From NCBI RefSeq assembly GCF_006345805.1, contig NC_043007.1:4340001-4404000 (forward strand): a DNA stretch of 64,000 nucleotides, given 5' to 3'. The translations under genes were made by a program, and so were the position numbers. Positions 1 to 12,844 of the stretch are shown here, piece after piece. Under the pieces are notes generated by a model, which saw only the letters and a program-made list of their open reading frames with translations, was not told where the DNA came from and did no database searches. This DNA is from Octopus sinensis (Eukaryota). Positions within the stretch are counted from its first letter, which is position 1. Each line of letters starts with the position of its first letter.

Positions 1-374
1 CCTATCGTCAACCTCCAAAAACCTCTCTCGCTAACCTCCAACAATGTCTCCCACCTCCAGCCGACAGTTTTTGTACTTTTTCGTGATGGAAAATACACCT
101 TTTATGGCAGTTATAAGGAAATTGCTTTCTTATATAGAGTAATAAGGTATTTTAATAGCACATCTTTGCCCCTGGGAATTACCGGGTACACCAGCTAGTA
201 ATATAATATAATAATATATGATGGACTCTCCTGTCCAAGACAAAGTATGAATGTTCAGTTTTTTGCCAAATGGCCTGCACAAAAGATTCGTTTATAATGA
301 TGAAATGTCTGAGCTGTACATTATCTCCCTCTCTCTCTCCTTCAAATCGATGTTGCCTGAACTGGTGTCTAGTG

Positions 375-530
375 TAGCATGCATTAAGTATCAAAGTGAT
401 TGCAGAGCAATGTGAGATGAAGTGTTTTGCTCAAGGACAAAATGCACCACTTGATCTAGGAATTGAAACCACAATCTTGCAATCAAGAGTGCATCACACT
501 AACCACTAGGCCATGCATCCATGATAATAT
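375..530 (-). mobile_element. SINE fragment (family D, 5' part)
   Basis: Similar to the fuller copy at 46432-46750 (gagcaatgtga..aagtgt.ttgctcaag..ggaatt/cgaa..taaccact); tRNA-like head reads on the minus strand. Confidence 0.6.
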
Positions 531-714
531 AATAATAAATATTATTATCATATATAATAATGTATACTATCACCATATAATAATATGATATATTTTTTTC
601 TCATTCTGGCACAAGGATGGCAAGTTTTGATGGGAGGGGAAGTTGACTATGTTGACCCCCCTCCCCCAGTGATCAAGTGGTACTTGTCTTATTGATACTT
701 AAGGGAGGAAAGGA

Positions 715-900
715 AAATTAAGGATGAAAGGATTAAGGGATGAAGGAAGGGCATCCAGCTGTAGAAAACCATGCCTAATCAGACTGGAGTTTGGTGCAGC
801 CTTCCAGTGTGCCAGCCCAGTCAAACCGCCCAACCCATGCCAGCATGGACAACGGACGTTAAATGATGGGAATGGTGATGATGATGATGATGATGATGAT
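715..900 (+). mobile_element. SINE 3' part (family B, (GAT)n tail)
   Basis: gggcatccagctgtagaaa...aacccatgccagcatgga...(gat)n, repeated at about 5.1, 35.7, 45.2 and 59.2 kb. Confidence 0.75.
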
Positions 901-914
901 ATAATATTATATTG

Positions 915-1125
915 AGGCAGCAAGCTGGCAGAATCGTTTGCACACTGGACAAAAGGCTTAGTGGCATTTCAATCGTCTTTACATTCTGAGTTCAAATTCT
1001 GCCAAGGCCGACTTAGCCTTTCATCCTTTCAGGCTCGATAAAATAAGTACCGGTCAAGCAATGGGGTTGATGTAATCAACTGACCCCTTCCACCAGAATT
1101 GCGGGCCTTGCGCTTATAGTAAAAA
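915..1125 (+). mobile_element. tRNA-headed SINE (family C)
   Basis: ggcagcaagctggcagaatc...ttctgagttcaaatt (B-box-like)...ttcatcctttcaggctcgataaaataagtacc; related copies at about 17.1, 20.1, 39.0 and 44.7 kb. Confidence 0.7.
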
Positions 1126-1245
1126 GGAATGTATAATGTTATATTGACTCAGTCATTCTCTCTCTCCTCCCCTACCTTTCTCCTTCTCCCTCTTTTTCTC
1201 CTCTTCTCTCCCTTTTCTCTTTCTCTCTTGCTTCCACCTCCCCAG

Positions 1246-1306
1246 CAGTCAACAGCTGATGAAAGTGTCCCAGAGAAGCTGGAGCTGTTAGCATGTTCTC
1301 TAATGC

Positions 1307-1308
<2 letters not shown>
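1246..1308 (+). CDS. Candidate internal exon, 63 bp, phase 0/0, QSTADESVPEKLELLACSLMQ; gene unidentified
   Basis: About 90-nt polypyrimidine tract ending ccccag; open frame; donor CAG|gtgtgt. No homology recognised. Confidence 0.5.
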
Positions 1309-1345
<37 letters not shown>

Positions 1346-3669
1346 TGTATGTGTGCATTGTGTGTGTGTCTGTGTGTTCGTGTGCACGTGCTTAAAATGA
1401 CGACTGAAAATAAATCAGGTGCAAATATTAAAAGAAATATTGGTACCTGATTTATTTTCAGTTGCGATTTTATTGTTATATTTTTATTTTCTATAGTGTC
1501 TGTGTGTTTGTATACATGTGTGTGCCTGTGTGTGTTCGGTGCATGCATGCGTGAGTATGTGTGTTTGTAAATATGCATGTGTGTGTGTGGTTGTGGGTAC
1601 GATGGTATGGATTGGTTTTACAAGCAAAAGAAATACTCAATACACAGAGAAGGATGAATACATTTTATAAGAAGCTGAAACTTCTTGAATTGTAACTCAG
1701 AGTTTTATGCTTCCAATTGTTGAATTACATATCGACACACACACATATACAAACACACACACACAAACACACACACATATACAAACACACACACACACAC
1801 ATACAATACACATTCATGTAAATGTGTCTCTAACCATGAAATTTCTTTATTCCTATTATTGACATCTAACTTGCTCTTCCAGATCAATATGTAATCAAAA
1901 TTTTCCCATGTATTTTTCCAACCAGAATTTCCTTGTTTTCTTATTGCAATTCATGGCAACTTTCTTCTACTCCATATTCTTCACTCTCACGCTTTCTTTA
2001 TCTCACCATTTCTCTAAACTTTTCATTTATTCTTGTTATTCTATTTTAATGCTCTTTTAACACTGTCATTACAGACATTATTGCAGCAGTGTTTGTTGTT
2101 GTTATTTTTTGTTGTTCCTTGTATTTTCTTAAGTTCCTATTTTCTTTCTCTCTTTTACTTTTTTTTTGGTTTTGTTTTATTGTTGTTTTGTTGTGCTTCA
2201 GCTCTGCTTGCTGTTTAGCAGTGTTTTCTCTTATCTCCTGCTGGGTGCTCCATGTTAACCTGACTGTAAGATTTCTAGAAATATTCGAAGCCATATTACA
2301 CTGGAAACCTGTGCAAATGAAATTAGTACAAGTTCCACTGAGATTAGCTGTAATGCAGCTATCTGTTGACACGGGATAGGAGTGGCAGACGCAAGCATGG
2401 AGTGGCAGGCGTTCGGTAATGCAGCACTTACCGCTTTCACACTTTTTGTTGTTGTTGTTGTTGTTGTTTCTCCACAACTCTCATTGAGCAAACTTCTGAT
2501 CAGAGTTGTTCCAGGACTACATTATTATCCAATGTGTCCTTCATTTATATGACAATTGTGTGTGACTTGGCTGCTATTCCAGCTGGTTCAGCAGCCATGT
2601 GAATGGCCCTTCATTAAACTCATTGCAGTGAAATAGACATGCACTCTTGCAACACATGCATGCACAAACATGCATGTGCATGTATATGCATGTGGTATAT
2701 GCATGTGGTATATGCATGTGGTATATGGTATCATGTCATATAACAGTGTAGCCTTGTATTCTTTTGCTGCGTTCAGCCATTGGACCACGGTCATGCTGGT
2801 GCACTACTTTCTAAGGTGTCTGGTGATAAGGCTGACCTTGTACTTGATCCAGTCGGGAATTTATTTTGTTGATGTCCATTTATCAAACCTCTAAGTTATG
2901 CTTTCACACAGAAGAGTGCAGTTTGCCACAATGGTTTGTACTCTTAAGCATAATCACCAGCATGGACAGAGAAAACAGACGCATATATCCTCATCCTCCT
3001 CCTCCTCCTCCTCCTCCTCCTCATCATCATCATCATCATCATCATCACCATCATCTGTCTGTCTGTCTGCACAGTAGCTTTCTGCAAAGTTTCTATTTAC
3101 TAAGTTTTACTGACATCTGAAGATTGTGGCATTGGTTAGCTGAAGGCTATGGTTGAAGACATTTTTTCCAAACTGCATCACAGCAAGATTGAACACAGAA
3201 CCATGCTGTTACAAACTGAACTCTTAACCACACAGCTGTATCTGCACCTTTATATATATATTTGTATACATTTGCATTAGAGCAAATAGAAATGTCTATC
3301 AGGAGGTTTGTCACCTCTGTTGTTGGACCAAATCTTGCTTTGTTGTTTATAGCAAAAAAACATTCAGAGTGCAGCGCACAAAGATTAAACCTAATCCAGA
3401 AACTGTTGCAAGTCAAGACATGATCTCTAACTTTACAAATGACTCTTGTCTGTCACCATCGTTTAACTTAATTTTCTCTTAATTTTCTTAATTTTATAGA
3501 ATTTCAACCAATTTCACCTGATTTTATCAACTTTTTATCAATTCTGTTTTTATTTAGTTATATTAGCTTTTATCAGTGATGTATAATAATTAACCATTAT
3601 CACTCGTGTCATTCTCAATGGGTGAATTCACCACCACCACCACCACCACCACCACCACCATGCATACAT

Positions 3670-3717
<48 letters not shown>

Positions 3718-3720
<3 letters not shown>

Positions 3721-4092
3721 CTTTTGTTAGTTAGTTTCAGTCATTTGACTGTGGCCATACTGGAGCACCAGCTTTAGTTGAACAAATTGACCCCAGGACT
3801 TATTCTTTGTAAGCCTAGTACTTATTCTATAGGTCTCTTTTGCTGAACTGCTAAGTTACGGGGACATGAACACACCAACATCGGTTGTCAAGCGATGGTG
3901 GGGGGACAAACAGATATACAAACATACACACACACATGCACACACATTTACATGACAGGCTTCTTTCAGTTTCCGTCTACCAAATCCACTCACAAGGCTT
4001 TGGTCGGCCCAAGGCTATAGTAGAAGACACTAGGCCAAGGTGCCACGCAGTGGGACTGAACCCAGAACCATGTGGTTGGTAATCAAGCTACT
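3718..4092 (-). mobile_element. tRNA-headed SINE (family A) with central (CA/TA)n
   Basis: Reverse complement of the family A copy at 49489-49897. Confidence 0.85.
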
Positions 4093-5094
4093 TTATTTCA
4101 TTCAATTTGCCATCAAGGCATTACATAGAAGTAGTAGCTGTGGGCTGGACGATAACATTAATGAGATGAATGATGAAAAAAAATGGTATTAATGAGGGAA
4201 AGCAGATGACGCCTGCTGATCGCTGCTACTCTGAAACATTGTTCTTTTACAAAACACATCTACATATATGCACACACCAATGCAACCAGGTATTTACAAA
4301 CCCCAGGAACTCTTTTACATCAAAAAGTCTTGTCACTTTGTTAGCAACTAGCTTGAACTCTATTAAGAAGTCAGATCTAAAATATACATACATACAAATA
4401 ACAAGTTAATTAATTATTTTGTGCTACATTCCATTATATTAATTGCAATTTGTAGTTAGCCTTGTAGTGTTACTAGAGTGTGATAATATAAGAAAGGGTC
4501 AGAGAACCTGAAATATAGTCAGTTCATGGCTTAGAGCTTTTGCTTCCACATTGATCCAATAAACGGTTAGAACATGATGAGGGACCACAATTTCATCCAG
4601 GTGCAAGAAACTCACTACAACTTAGAACAAATATTTGATAGTTTTGGGAAGTTACTTATTTGTAGATATTGTAAGTGGTTCATAATTTATTTAGATTAAA
4701 TTACATTACTTTAGATTATAGAGTATTTTGTGTAATAGAGGTGTCAGTCTTCACCACTTCATACAGGATGTGTGGTCAGATAACATGAATGATGGAGCAT
4801 TATCTGGGGTTGAGGGAAAAGAAAATGAGCATTAGAGGTATTAACCACAGTGTATGAAAGAGAAGACGGTGCTAGTAGAGATGTGTGATATATATTTTTT
4901 TACTGGTAGGATGGCAGTTGGGTGAAGAAGGGCTAAATAAGTGGAAGGTGTCTACAGGAGCTGAATTGGTGAAAGCTGACTTTTAAGATGTTGAACCTTG
5001 TGTGGTGATAAAGAACCACAGCAAGTGGTGAGATACTGTGCTAAGCAGATCCATCCAACTTATGCCAGCTTATAAAAGAAAGGTTTGAACTAAT

Positions 5095-5352
5095 GACTGT
5101 GCAGGTGGCATGTAAAAAACACCATTTGTGCATGGCCGTTGCAAGTACTGCCTGACTGGCCCCCGTGCCGGTGGCACGTAAAAGCACCCACTACACTCTC
5201 GGAGTGGTTGGCATTAGGAAGGGCATCCAGCTGTAGAAAGTCTGCCAGATCAGACTGGAGCCTGGTGCAGCCATCTGGTTCGCCAGTCCTCAGTCAAATC
5301 ATCCAACCCATGCTAGCATGGAAAGCGGACATTAAACGATGATGATGATGAT
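5095..5352 (+). mobile_element. SINE (family B)
   Basis: ggtggcatgtaaaaa modules, gggcatccagctgtagaaa core, (gat)n tail. Confidence 0.8.
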
Positions 5353-5750
5353 TTACAATAATAGGTTTTAAATGTGTCTTAAATTAATTAGCAAAAAAAG
5401 GCATTTTTGAATCAATTGAATGATAGTTGTACATGAACATTGAGCCGTTGAAATAAATCATATGAAATATAATTTTCTTAGCCTCAGCAATCTTTCAGAA
5501 CATTCCCATGATAAAAGATATAAAAGAAAAGAGAAAGAATAACAATTTATTCCTTTATTTGCTTTAGTTCCATTTTACTGTTTGCTGAATTTCTACAACA
5601 ATTAGTAAGGTATGAACTAATGACTACGCATTCAGTGGAGTCTGGAATCTGGTGAAGGTTTGCATCTCCAACAATTAATATAAAGAAAAGTTTGTAGAAT
5701 GTCAATAAGTTTGATTGCTGCAGTAATCTGCTAGTTGACTTTTCTATCAG

Positions 5751-5813
5751 ACTTGGTTTTCATAATCATGGTTATCCATTGAGAAGTGATAAAATGTTAT
5801 TGATTGTGCAAAG
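5751..5813 (+). CDS. Weak candidate exon, phase 2/2, LGFHNHGYPLRSDKMLLIVQ
   Basis: ttttctatcag acceptor, AAG|gtgaag donor, open frame; phase-compatible with another candidate at 5568-5609 (SILLFAEFLQQLV). Could be chance. Confidence 0.22.
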
Positions 5814-6051
5814 GTGAAGAATAGTAGCTGTTATGATCAAGTTTTTCTCTTTTCCTTGTAAGAGAAAGACTTGACCATAACAACTTACTTAGGTCATTTC
5901 TGACTCAAGTCAATAGTGACCTTGCAGAGCCAGTAGGCATTTATTCATTTTTGTGCCTGATCTGGAGTTGTGATGATTGTAGGCCTATGTTATTATTATT
6001 GTTTAGCCCCAGGCAGCTCTGATCACAGGCATTTCAGTATTCTTCTATGCT

Positions 6052-6263
6052 TTTATTCTTTTATTTGTTTCAGTCACTTGACTGTGGCCATGCTGGAGCA
6101 GTGCCTTTTAGTCTAAGAAATTGACCCCAGGACTTGTTCTTTGTAAGCCTAGTACTTATTCTATCAGTCTCTTTTGCCAAACTACTAAGTTGCAGGGATG
6201 TAATCATACCAATATTGGTTGTCGAGTAATGGTGAGGGGACAGACACAGACACAGACACACAA

Positions 6264-6322
<59 letters not shown>

Positions 6323-6462
6323 ACAGGCTTCTTTCAATTTCCGTCTTCCAAATCCACTGACAATTCTTTTGTGGGCCTAAGGCCACAGTGTGCCACACAG
6401 TGGGACTGAACCTGGAACTGTGTGGTTGGTAAGCAAGCTACTTACCACATAGCCACTCTTGC
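6052..6462 (-). mobile_element. SINE (family A)
   Basis: Near full-length reverse copy with central (TA)n. Confidence 0.85.
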
Positions 6463-7839
6463 ACCATTTTCAGTGTGCCTCTTTTATTTATTTATTTTGT
6501 TTTTTTCAGGCATAATATCTGGGACTACACTATTTTCTTTGTTCTCACATTTTTAAGATGGTAGGGTTGTGATTTGAGAGAAGGACGTTACTGTTTTTTC
6601 TAGCAGGCTGAGTGACTACTTAATGGTTTCTTCAGTTAGGACAGTTACCATTGCCTAAACCCGGAGGTGCTTTCCCAACTCAGCATGCTTCCATGGACAG
6701 AACAGTCCAGCAAGCAATGGCTGTTACTTACAGATGATGCACAACACAGTGTTGGTGAGGAGATAAGAATCACTGAACATTTAACTAAGTATTTCATTGT
6801 ATCTCCATTCAGCTATCCATGATTCTCTCAGTGAAATGGTTAGGAATCAATTTTATCATGGCAGAAACATGATATAGAAGTAAAGTTTCAATGAGAGAAA
6901 TTTTATAACCTTGATGATGTACTTGCCTAGCAAGTGACTTAATCAGAAAATGTGAATTGAAACTGAAAGAATTTATATTATGGAAGAGTCTTGATAGTCA
7001 TTTAAACCATATATATATTATATTATATTCACCTTTACTTGTTAAAGGTAAAAATATTAAAATTTGTCATAAAGTTCTACTGAATATGTGTTACCTGTTC
7101 ATACAATTCCACTTGCAATAATTCTGCAAACTGACCACTGACACCATTCCACTACATCTCAATGTTAGCACCAGTAATTGGGTCATAGATGTATGACAAC
7201 AGTTTTTGACATCCTACAGTATACAACGCTATTAAAAAACAATAATGATGACAGTGAATGTGATTGCGTTTTATGTGTTTAAATTTCTATCCTGTTTCTT
7301 GCTGGATGTAATTGGTTTAGTTTCAATTCATGGTTTCAGATCGAGTTGCTTGCCCAACAAGTACAACCCTAAGATTATATAAATTTATCTAACCAACAGC
7401 TTACCTCTATTGTCAATTGCCTAACTCCAGGGAACTTATATGATAGCACTGCCTTTTTGAACTGCATATTACGAAGCTAATCCTTTCCCAAATCCCAATG
7501 ATTAATAAGGTTAGTGCTTATCTTCAGTTTCCATTGCATTAAACAAATAGGAAATAAATTTGTTTCTAGATCGGGTGGTTGTCTATTGCAAGTAGCCTTT
7601 TCATACCAAAGAAATTGAAACCGGCAAAATCCTCATCTCTTCTACACTGATGCTGCTGTTAACTGCAGTAAATTTCAGAACCTATGGTACCTACTTAGAG
7701 ATAAATAGAGTTAGCAATTAACAGCTTAGTATCTTAACACTTAGTTGACTAGACTTATCATTCTTCTTAAATATTGCAAATAATCAAATTTATTCTCTCA
7801 GATTCCTTTCAGCAATTTGCTTGAGAGTAAGTTGTTTGG

Positions 7840-8582
7840 CATCACAGTCATATTTATGTATGAGACTGCCAGTTTATCAGGGAGAGGATGGCAGAGTGTG
7901 TGACACTCCCATTTTTTCTCATATTTACTCATCTCATTCCAGATTGGGAATGAAAGCCGTATATGTCCTCTCTTTTGTCCTCTCTTTTGTCAAGAGCTTG
8001 CTTTCTGCTCTACACCACCTTATTTTACATGTCATTATCTTTTCCATATTTCCATCACATATGAAGCTTGTAAACTATAAAACAGACACCCTACGTATCA
8101 CCATCATTCTACCTTCCCTATCCATCACTAAACCTATTTACGTGAGACTGTATTAGTCACCATCCATCACTAGACTTATAGATGAGTAACAGTAACGTTG
8201 TCACTCTACCTGCATCCACCTTTTCTCTTCCATCCATCTCCAGCCTCCAATCATCACCCTGTCGTTCACATCTCATTTCACCACCTGTGATGATCACTCA
8301 TACCTGTCCATTATTTCTCTTCTGCATATTTTTTCATTTTGTTGTCCTCTCCCCTCAGCTTCCCAGATATTGACATTTTATACCAAATAAACTCATTTCA
8401 GTGTAAAACAAGCCAGCATAGAGCAAAAAGCAAGTTCTTGATAAAAGAGAGTAAAGAGAGTATGGCTTTGATTCCCAATCTGATGTGAGATAAGGAAATA
8501 TGAGAAAAAATGGGAGTGTCACACACTCTGCCATCCTCTCCCTGATAAACTGGCAGTCTTATTACTTAAATATGATTATGAT
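7840..8582. repeat. Long inverted repeat (arms about 7840-8030 and 8400-8582), probable degraded mobile element
   Basis: 7863-7926 is the exact reverse complement of 8496-8559 (64 bp); the rest of the arms align with many mismatches. Confidence 0.85.
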
Positions 8583-9489
8583 ATCAATACTCTCCAACAC
8601 CCTTTTCCTCTCTCCCCCTCTGGTCTATCCCCATGACTGCTACATCTCTCTTTTAATTGCTCTCTATAAATCCTTGCCACATTCATCTATTTTCTCTTTT
8701 TCATGTTACCTCACAACATCCATCTATACTCATCAGTATAATGTGGGATACTCCTGGAACCCTACCCCACCCCATTACCCTTCTCACCACTCATACTACT
8801 CTGTCCTGCCCTTCCTCACTAACCACTGACACTAAACCCTTTCTTTTCCCCTGATCCTTCCATCCACCCCAATAGCATCTGCTTGCTTACTCTCTCTCTC
8901 TCTACTCCTACTCCCTCACAACTATTCCTCTTCCTAGAGTGTCTCTACACTCTCATTGGCTCACAATCTGTTCCTCTCATCATACTAAAGCATCCTTTCT
9001 CATCACCCTGCCTAAAATTATCACTCTCTCCATAAAAAGAGTTCCCAGTGCACTGAGCTGAGAGGTTGGTGTGAGGAGAGGCGTCCGGCCACGGAAACTG
9101 TGCCAAAACAGACATTAGAGCACAATGCACCAGCATCCGACCAAGTCATCCAACTTATGCCAAATAAGGAAGACAAACTTTAAGTGATGATGATGGTGAT
9201 GACAGTATGTAATGGTACATATAAATGCATATTGGTATGGTGATGGTCATTCCTGTTGATTTTGACATTTGGGTATTTGAAGGAAAAAAGATTAAAAGTA
9301 ATAAAAACAAAAAAAGATGTCAAAAAAAGTAAGCTGCATCCATTTGTGATGGATGCATGAATGTAATTTTGATCCAGGAATGGATTTTGTTATGAAGTAG
9401 CAATAAGGATAATGATGATTTTGCCTGAGATTGAACAAATTTATTTGTTGAATGCAGAATATAATTCTTTTATTGTTCTATTTCTTCAA

Positions 9490-10850
9490 CTCAAATTGTT
9501 TTGGTGTATCATGACACATTTCACTCCATTCAGATTGATCTAAACAATAACTTTCCCAACATGTTAAACATGTAGGGACTATAGAGATTGTTTCAACTTA
9601 TTCTTGTACCTTAGCAAGAGTCTTCCTTTGCCACAGGATCCCTCTCATTGACTTTTTGGAATGTGGTCATCTTCCATTCAAGCAACATATCCTACCCATC
9701 TGTGCTGAATTCTCAACAGTGTACTTTCAATGCTGCAGATATCACATTTTGCTAAAATCTTGGCATTTGGTTCCTATCTTGCTACTTTATGTTATAGAGA
9801 TTGTACAGACAGTGCATGCGAAAGGTTTCAAAATTTTTTATCTGTCTGTAGAAGTGGGGGTCTATGCTTCTGCCTCATACAAAAATTGTGCTGAATATAC
9901 AAGATTTGTATACACTTATTTTAGATTTGAAACTGACTCTGTGTTCATCCCACACATGATGGGAAATTTTTCCAACAGCACTTTTAGCCTTAGATATTCT
10001 AATATTGATTTTGACATCAAGAGTAATCTTAAAGTTTTCAGTACTTCCAAGATATTTAAATGACTTGGCCCATTTGAATGGCTTATTGTCAATTATTACA
10101 TTTGAAACTTGGGTATGTTCTCTCCTAAGCTTTGGTTGGAATAAATCTTCAGTCTTCTAAATGCTGATAGTCCATTTGCATGAGCTGCCACGATCTACCT
10201 GTCAATTATTTCCGGAATTCTTTCAAATGTATGAGGAATCAAAGCACAATCGTCAGCAAACAGAAGATCATTTAGAATCTCTTTGTTAGTCTTTTCCTTT
10301 TATCTGAAGCTTTGTCCAATTAGGATTAGTAAATTGCTGTCTGTCTGAAACTTTCCACGGTAATCCTTAAAAGCATGTTGAAACATCAACGGGAAGAATA
10401 TGGCAAAAAGTATGGGAGCTAAAACACAACTCTGTTTAGTCCCATTGGAAATAGAAAATGCTTCTGAACATTGATCAGGAGATGTCGCTGTTGCTATCAT
10501 TCCTTCATGCAAAGACACTGTTACTCTTATCGTTTCAAAAGACCAACTTTTGATAATGTATAGGTCAGTATTTTGCTCATGTGCTTCTTCTTGAACTTGT
10601 TGAAGGGTAAGATCACATTAGTTGTGCCTCTTCCAGCTGGAAATCCACATCTGGACTCAGGATATATACCATTTACTACATGCTTATTGATGCAGTTAAG
10701 AATCACCCTTGTAAGAATTTTTCCAGCTGTACACATCAAACTCGTTCCTCTGTGATTATCACAAACGCTCTTCTTCCCCTTATTTCTGCATTATTACAGA
10801 CGCATCTTTGAGCTGTTAGGGAACAGACCCAGTTTCCCAGATCAAACAAA
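9490..10850 (-). mobile_element. RTE-clade LINE reverse-transcriptase remnant (frameshifted)
   Basis: Minus-strand peptides AGKILTRVILN..YPESRCGFPAGRGT, FSISNGTKQSCVLAPILFAIFF and DLLFADDCAL match RTE RT motifs. Confidence 0.88.
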
Positions 10851-10927
10851 CCAATTTACTCAGCTTTCTTACAAGTTGTCAGCCACCATGTCTTGTCCAG
10901 GTATTTTACCATTGGAAATTTTTGGGG

Positions 10928-10943
10928 AATAATAATAATAATG

Positions 10944-10986
<43 letters not shown>

Positions 10987-11003
10987 TAATAATAATAATA
11001 ATA
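10928..11003. repeat. (AAT)n microsatellite
   Basis: Direct reading. Confidence 0.95.
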
Positions 11004-11273
11004 GTAATGTTTGCTTGTATCTTATTTATACTAAAATTATTCACTTATTTTTTTTCCAATTTTCTATTTTTCATTGTTTTTGTGGTATTTATGTAGCTAT
11101 AATGTATATTTTAATTTATTTCATTCAATTTATTTGTTTATCTTTACTTTTATTTCTATGTTTTCTATTAACAGTTAGACATTCTATTTTCTTCAGAAAG
11201 TAGAGTTTTGTTTTGTGCTGCCAACTCCATTTCCTATAATACTGTTTGAGGAAATTAAAGGCTCTCTCTCTTG

Positions 11274-11310
<37 letters not shown>

Positions 11311-12776
11311 TGTGCTCTCTCTCTCTCTCTCTCTCATGCTCTCTCACACACACACATCCCTACACTTATTTTCTTTAATACCCTGTTTCTTGCTCACTAA
11401 CTCTCCTCTGGTTTCGTTTTCTTACCTGCTCTCTCATCTTTATCTCTCACCGTTTTCCCATTTACCTTTCGTAGGTTTTTTCGCCAACCTTACTGAAGTG
11501 CTTTGGAAATCCCTCTGCATGTATTTAGAAACAAACCCACACACATACATCGAGACACATACACACACACACACCTATAGATCTGTGTGCATGCACATGC
11601 TTGTGTGTGTGTGTGTGTGTGTGCATATACGTGCACATGTGCTTGAATGCACATATTACATCCAAATTGGATTGTATATCTTGTAAAGAGATCCATGCAT
11701 AGATGTTGTGTGTATGTGTGTGAACACTATTAAAGTATTTAAATACTCTCTCCCCCCCTCTTTCTCCCCATACACAAACATATGATATGTATATTGTTTC
11801 TTTACAACATAGCCAGATGTTTCAACACTCATTTCTGCAGTAGGCAGTTCTTAGTCGTGTGGGAAGTCTGCTAATCATTGAGAAGGAGAGGTCCAAGGAG
11901 TTGCTTCTACCGCCTCCCTTGTACCTCCTGTGTTAACTTCATGTAGAATTGCAGCTACTTTCTCCCTTAGAAGTAAAAGTTGAAACATGTGGACATGTTA
12001 TAAGGAAACAAAAAGAGGGACCCTTTAACATGAATTGCATGTACTCTGCAGCCGTCCTTTATCATATTGTGGTTTACTATGATCACCTAGCTGAAATTTT
12101 CACTAACAGTGAGTATGTATATAGATGTGTGTGTGTGTGTGTATGTGTGTGTGTGTGCATGCGTGTGCATGTGTATTTCCACACATATATGTGTGTGTTT
12201 GTGTGCCTTGCATATTTTAAAGCTTTGGATACGGTGGCACACTTGATATGAAACAAGTTTTAACCATTAAATGAAATAGACAACCGACTGTTTCTTCAAT
12301 GGAGAATATTTCATTATTTTCTTGAATGTAATTAGTTTTGACTACACTTCTTTCCTCTTTTCATTTGTTATACATAGGGAGAGAAAGAGAGAGAGAGAGA
12401 GACACACACACACACACACACACAACTATATAAATATATATGCGTGTGTATGTGTTGATGTACATATGCATCCTTTTGCTTATTTCTTCATGGTATTGGT
12501 AACTGGGGGAATGTCTTCCATTGGTGAATATTGCCAAACAGAGAAAGGCTGTATGTTAGTTATTTTAAATTTTTAATGTAAAATCTGGAATTCAGTAAAT
12601 TAGTGATGCAACAACAAGTCCATTGGAAAGTTCATATACAGGTTCAGTATATTCAAAGGGCACGGCCCCTAAACATTCAATTATTCACTCCCCACAACAA
12701 ACAAAGAACTTATTAAGTTCTTCTAGGAACTCATGTTTTTTTTTTACTTTTTAGTCTTTTAACTGTCTGTCTGTCT

Positions 12777-12844
<68 letters not shown>

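Noticed and set aside
6620-6760. Plus frame LGQLPLPKPGGAFPTQHASMDRTVQQAMAVTYR*
   Set aside because: It adjoins an interspersed repeat tail also seen at about 14.2, 18.6 and 48.75 kb; likely repeat-derived.
8535-8570. ctgataa-actggcagtct as a hammerhead core
   Set aside because: No GAAA or stem III in either arm; too degenerate to call.
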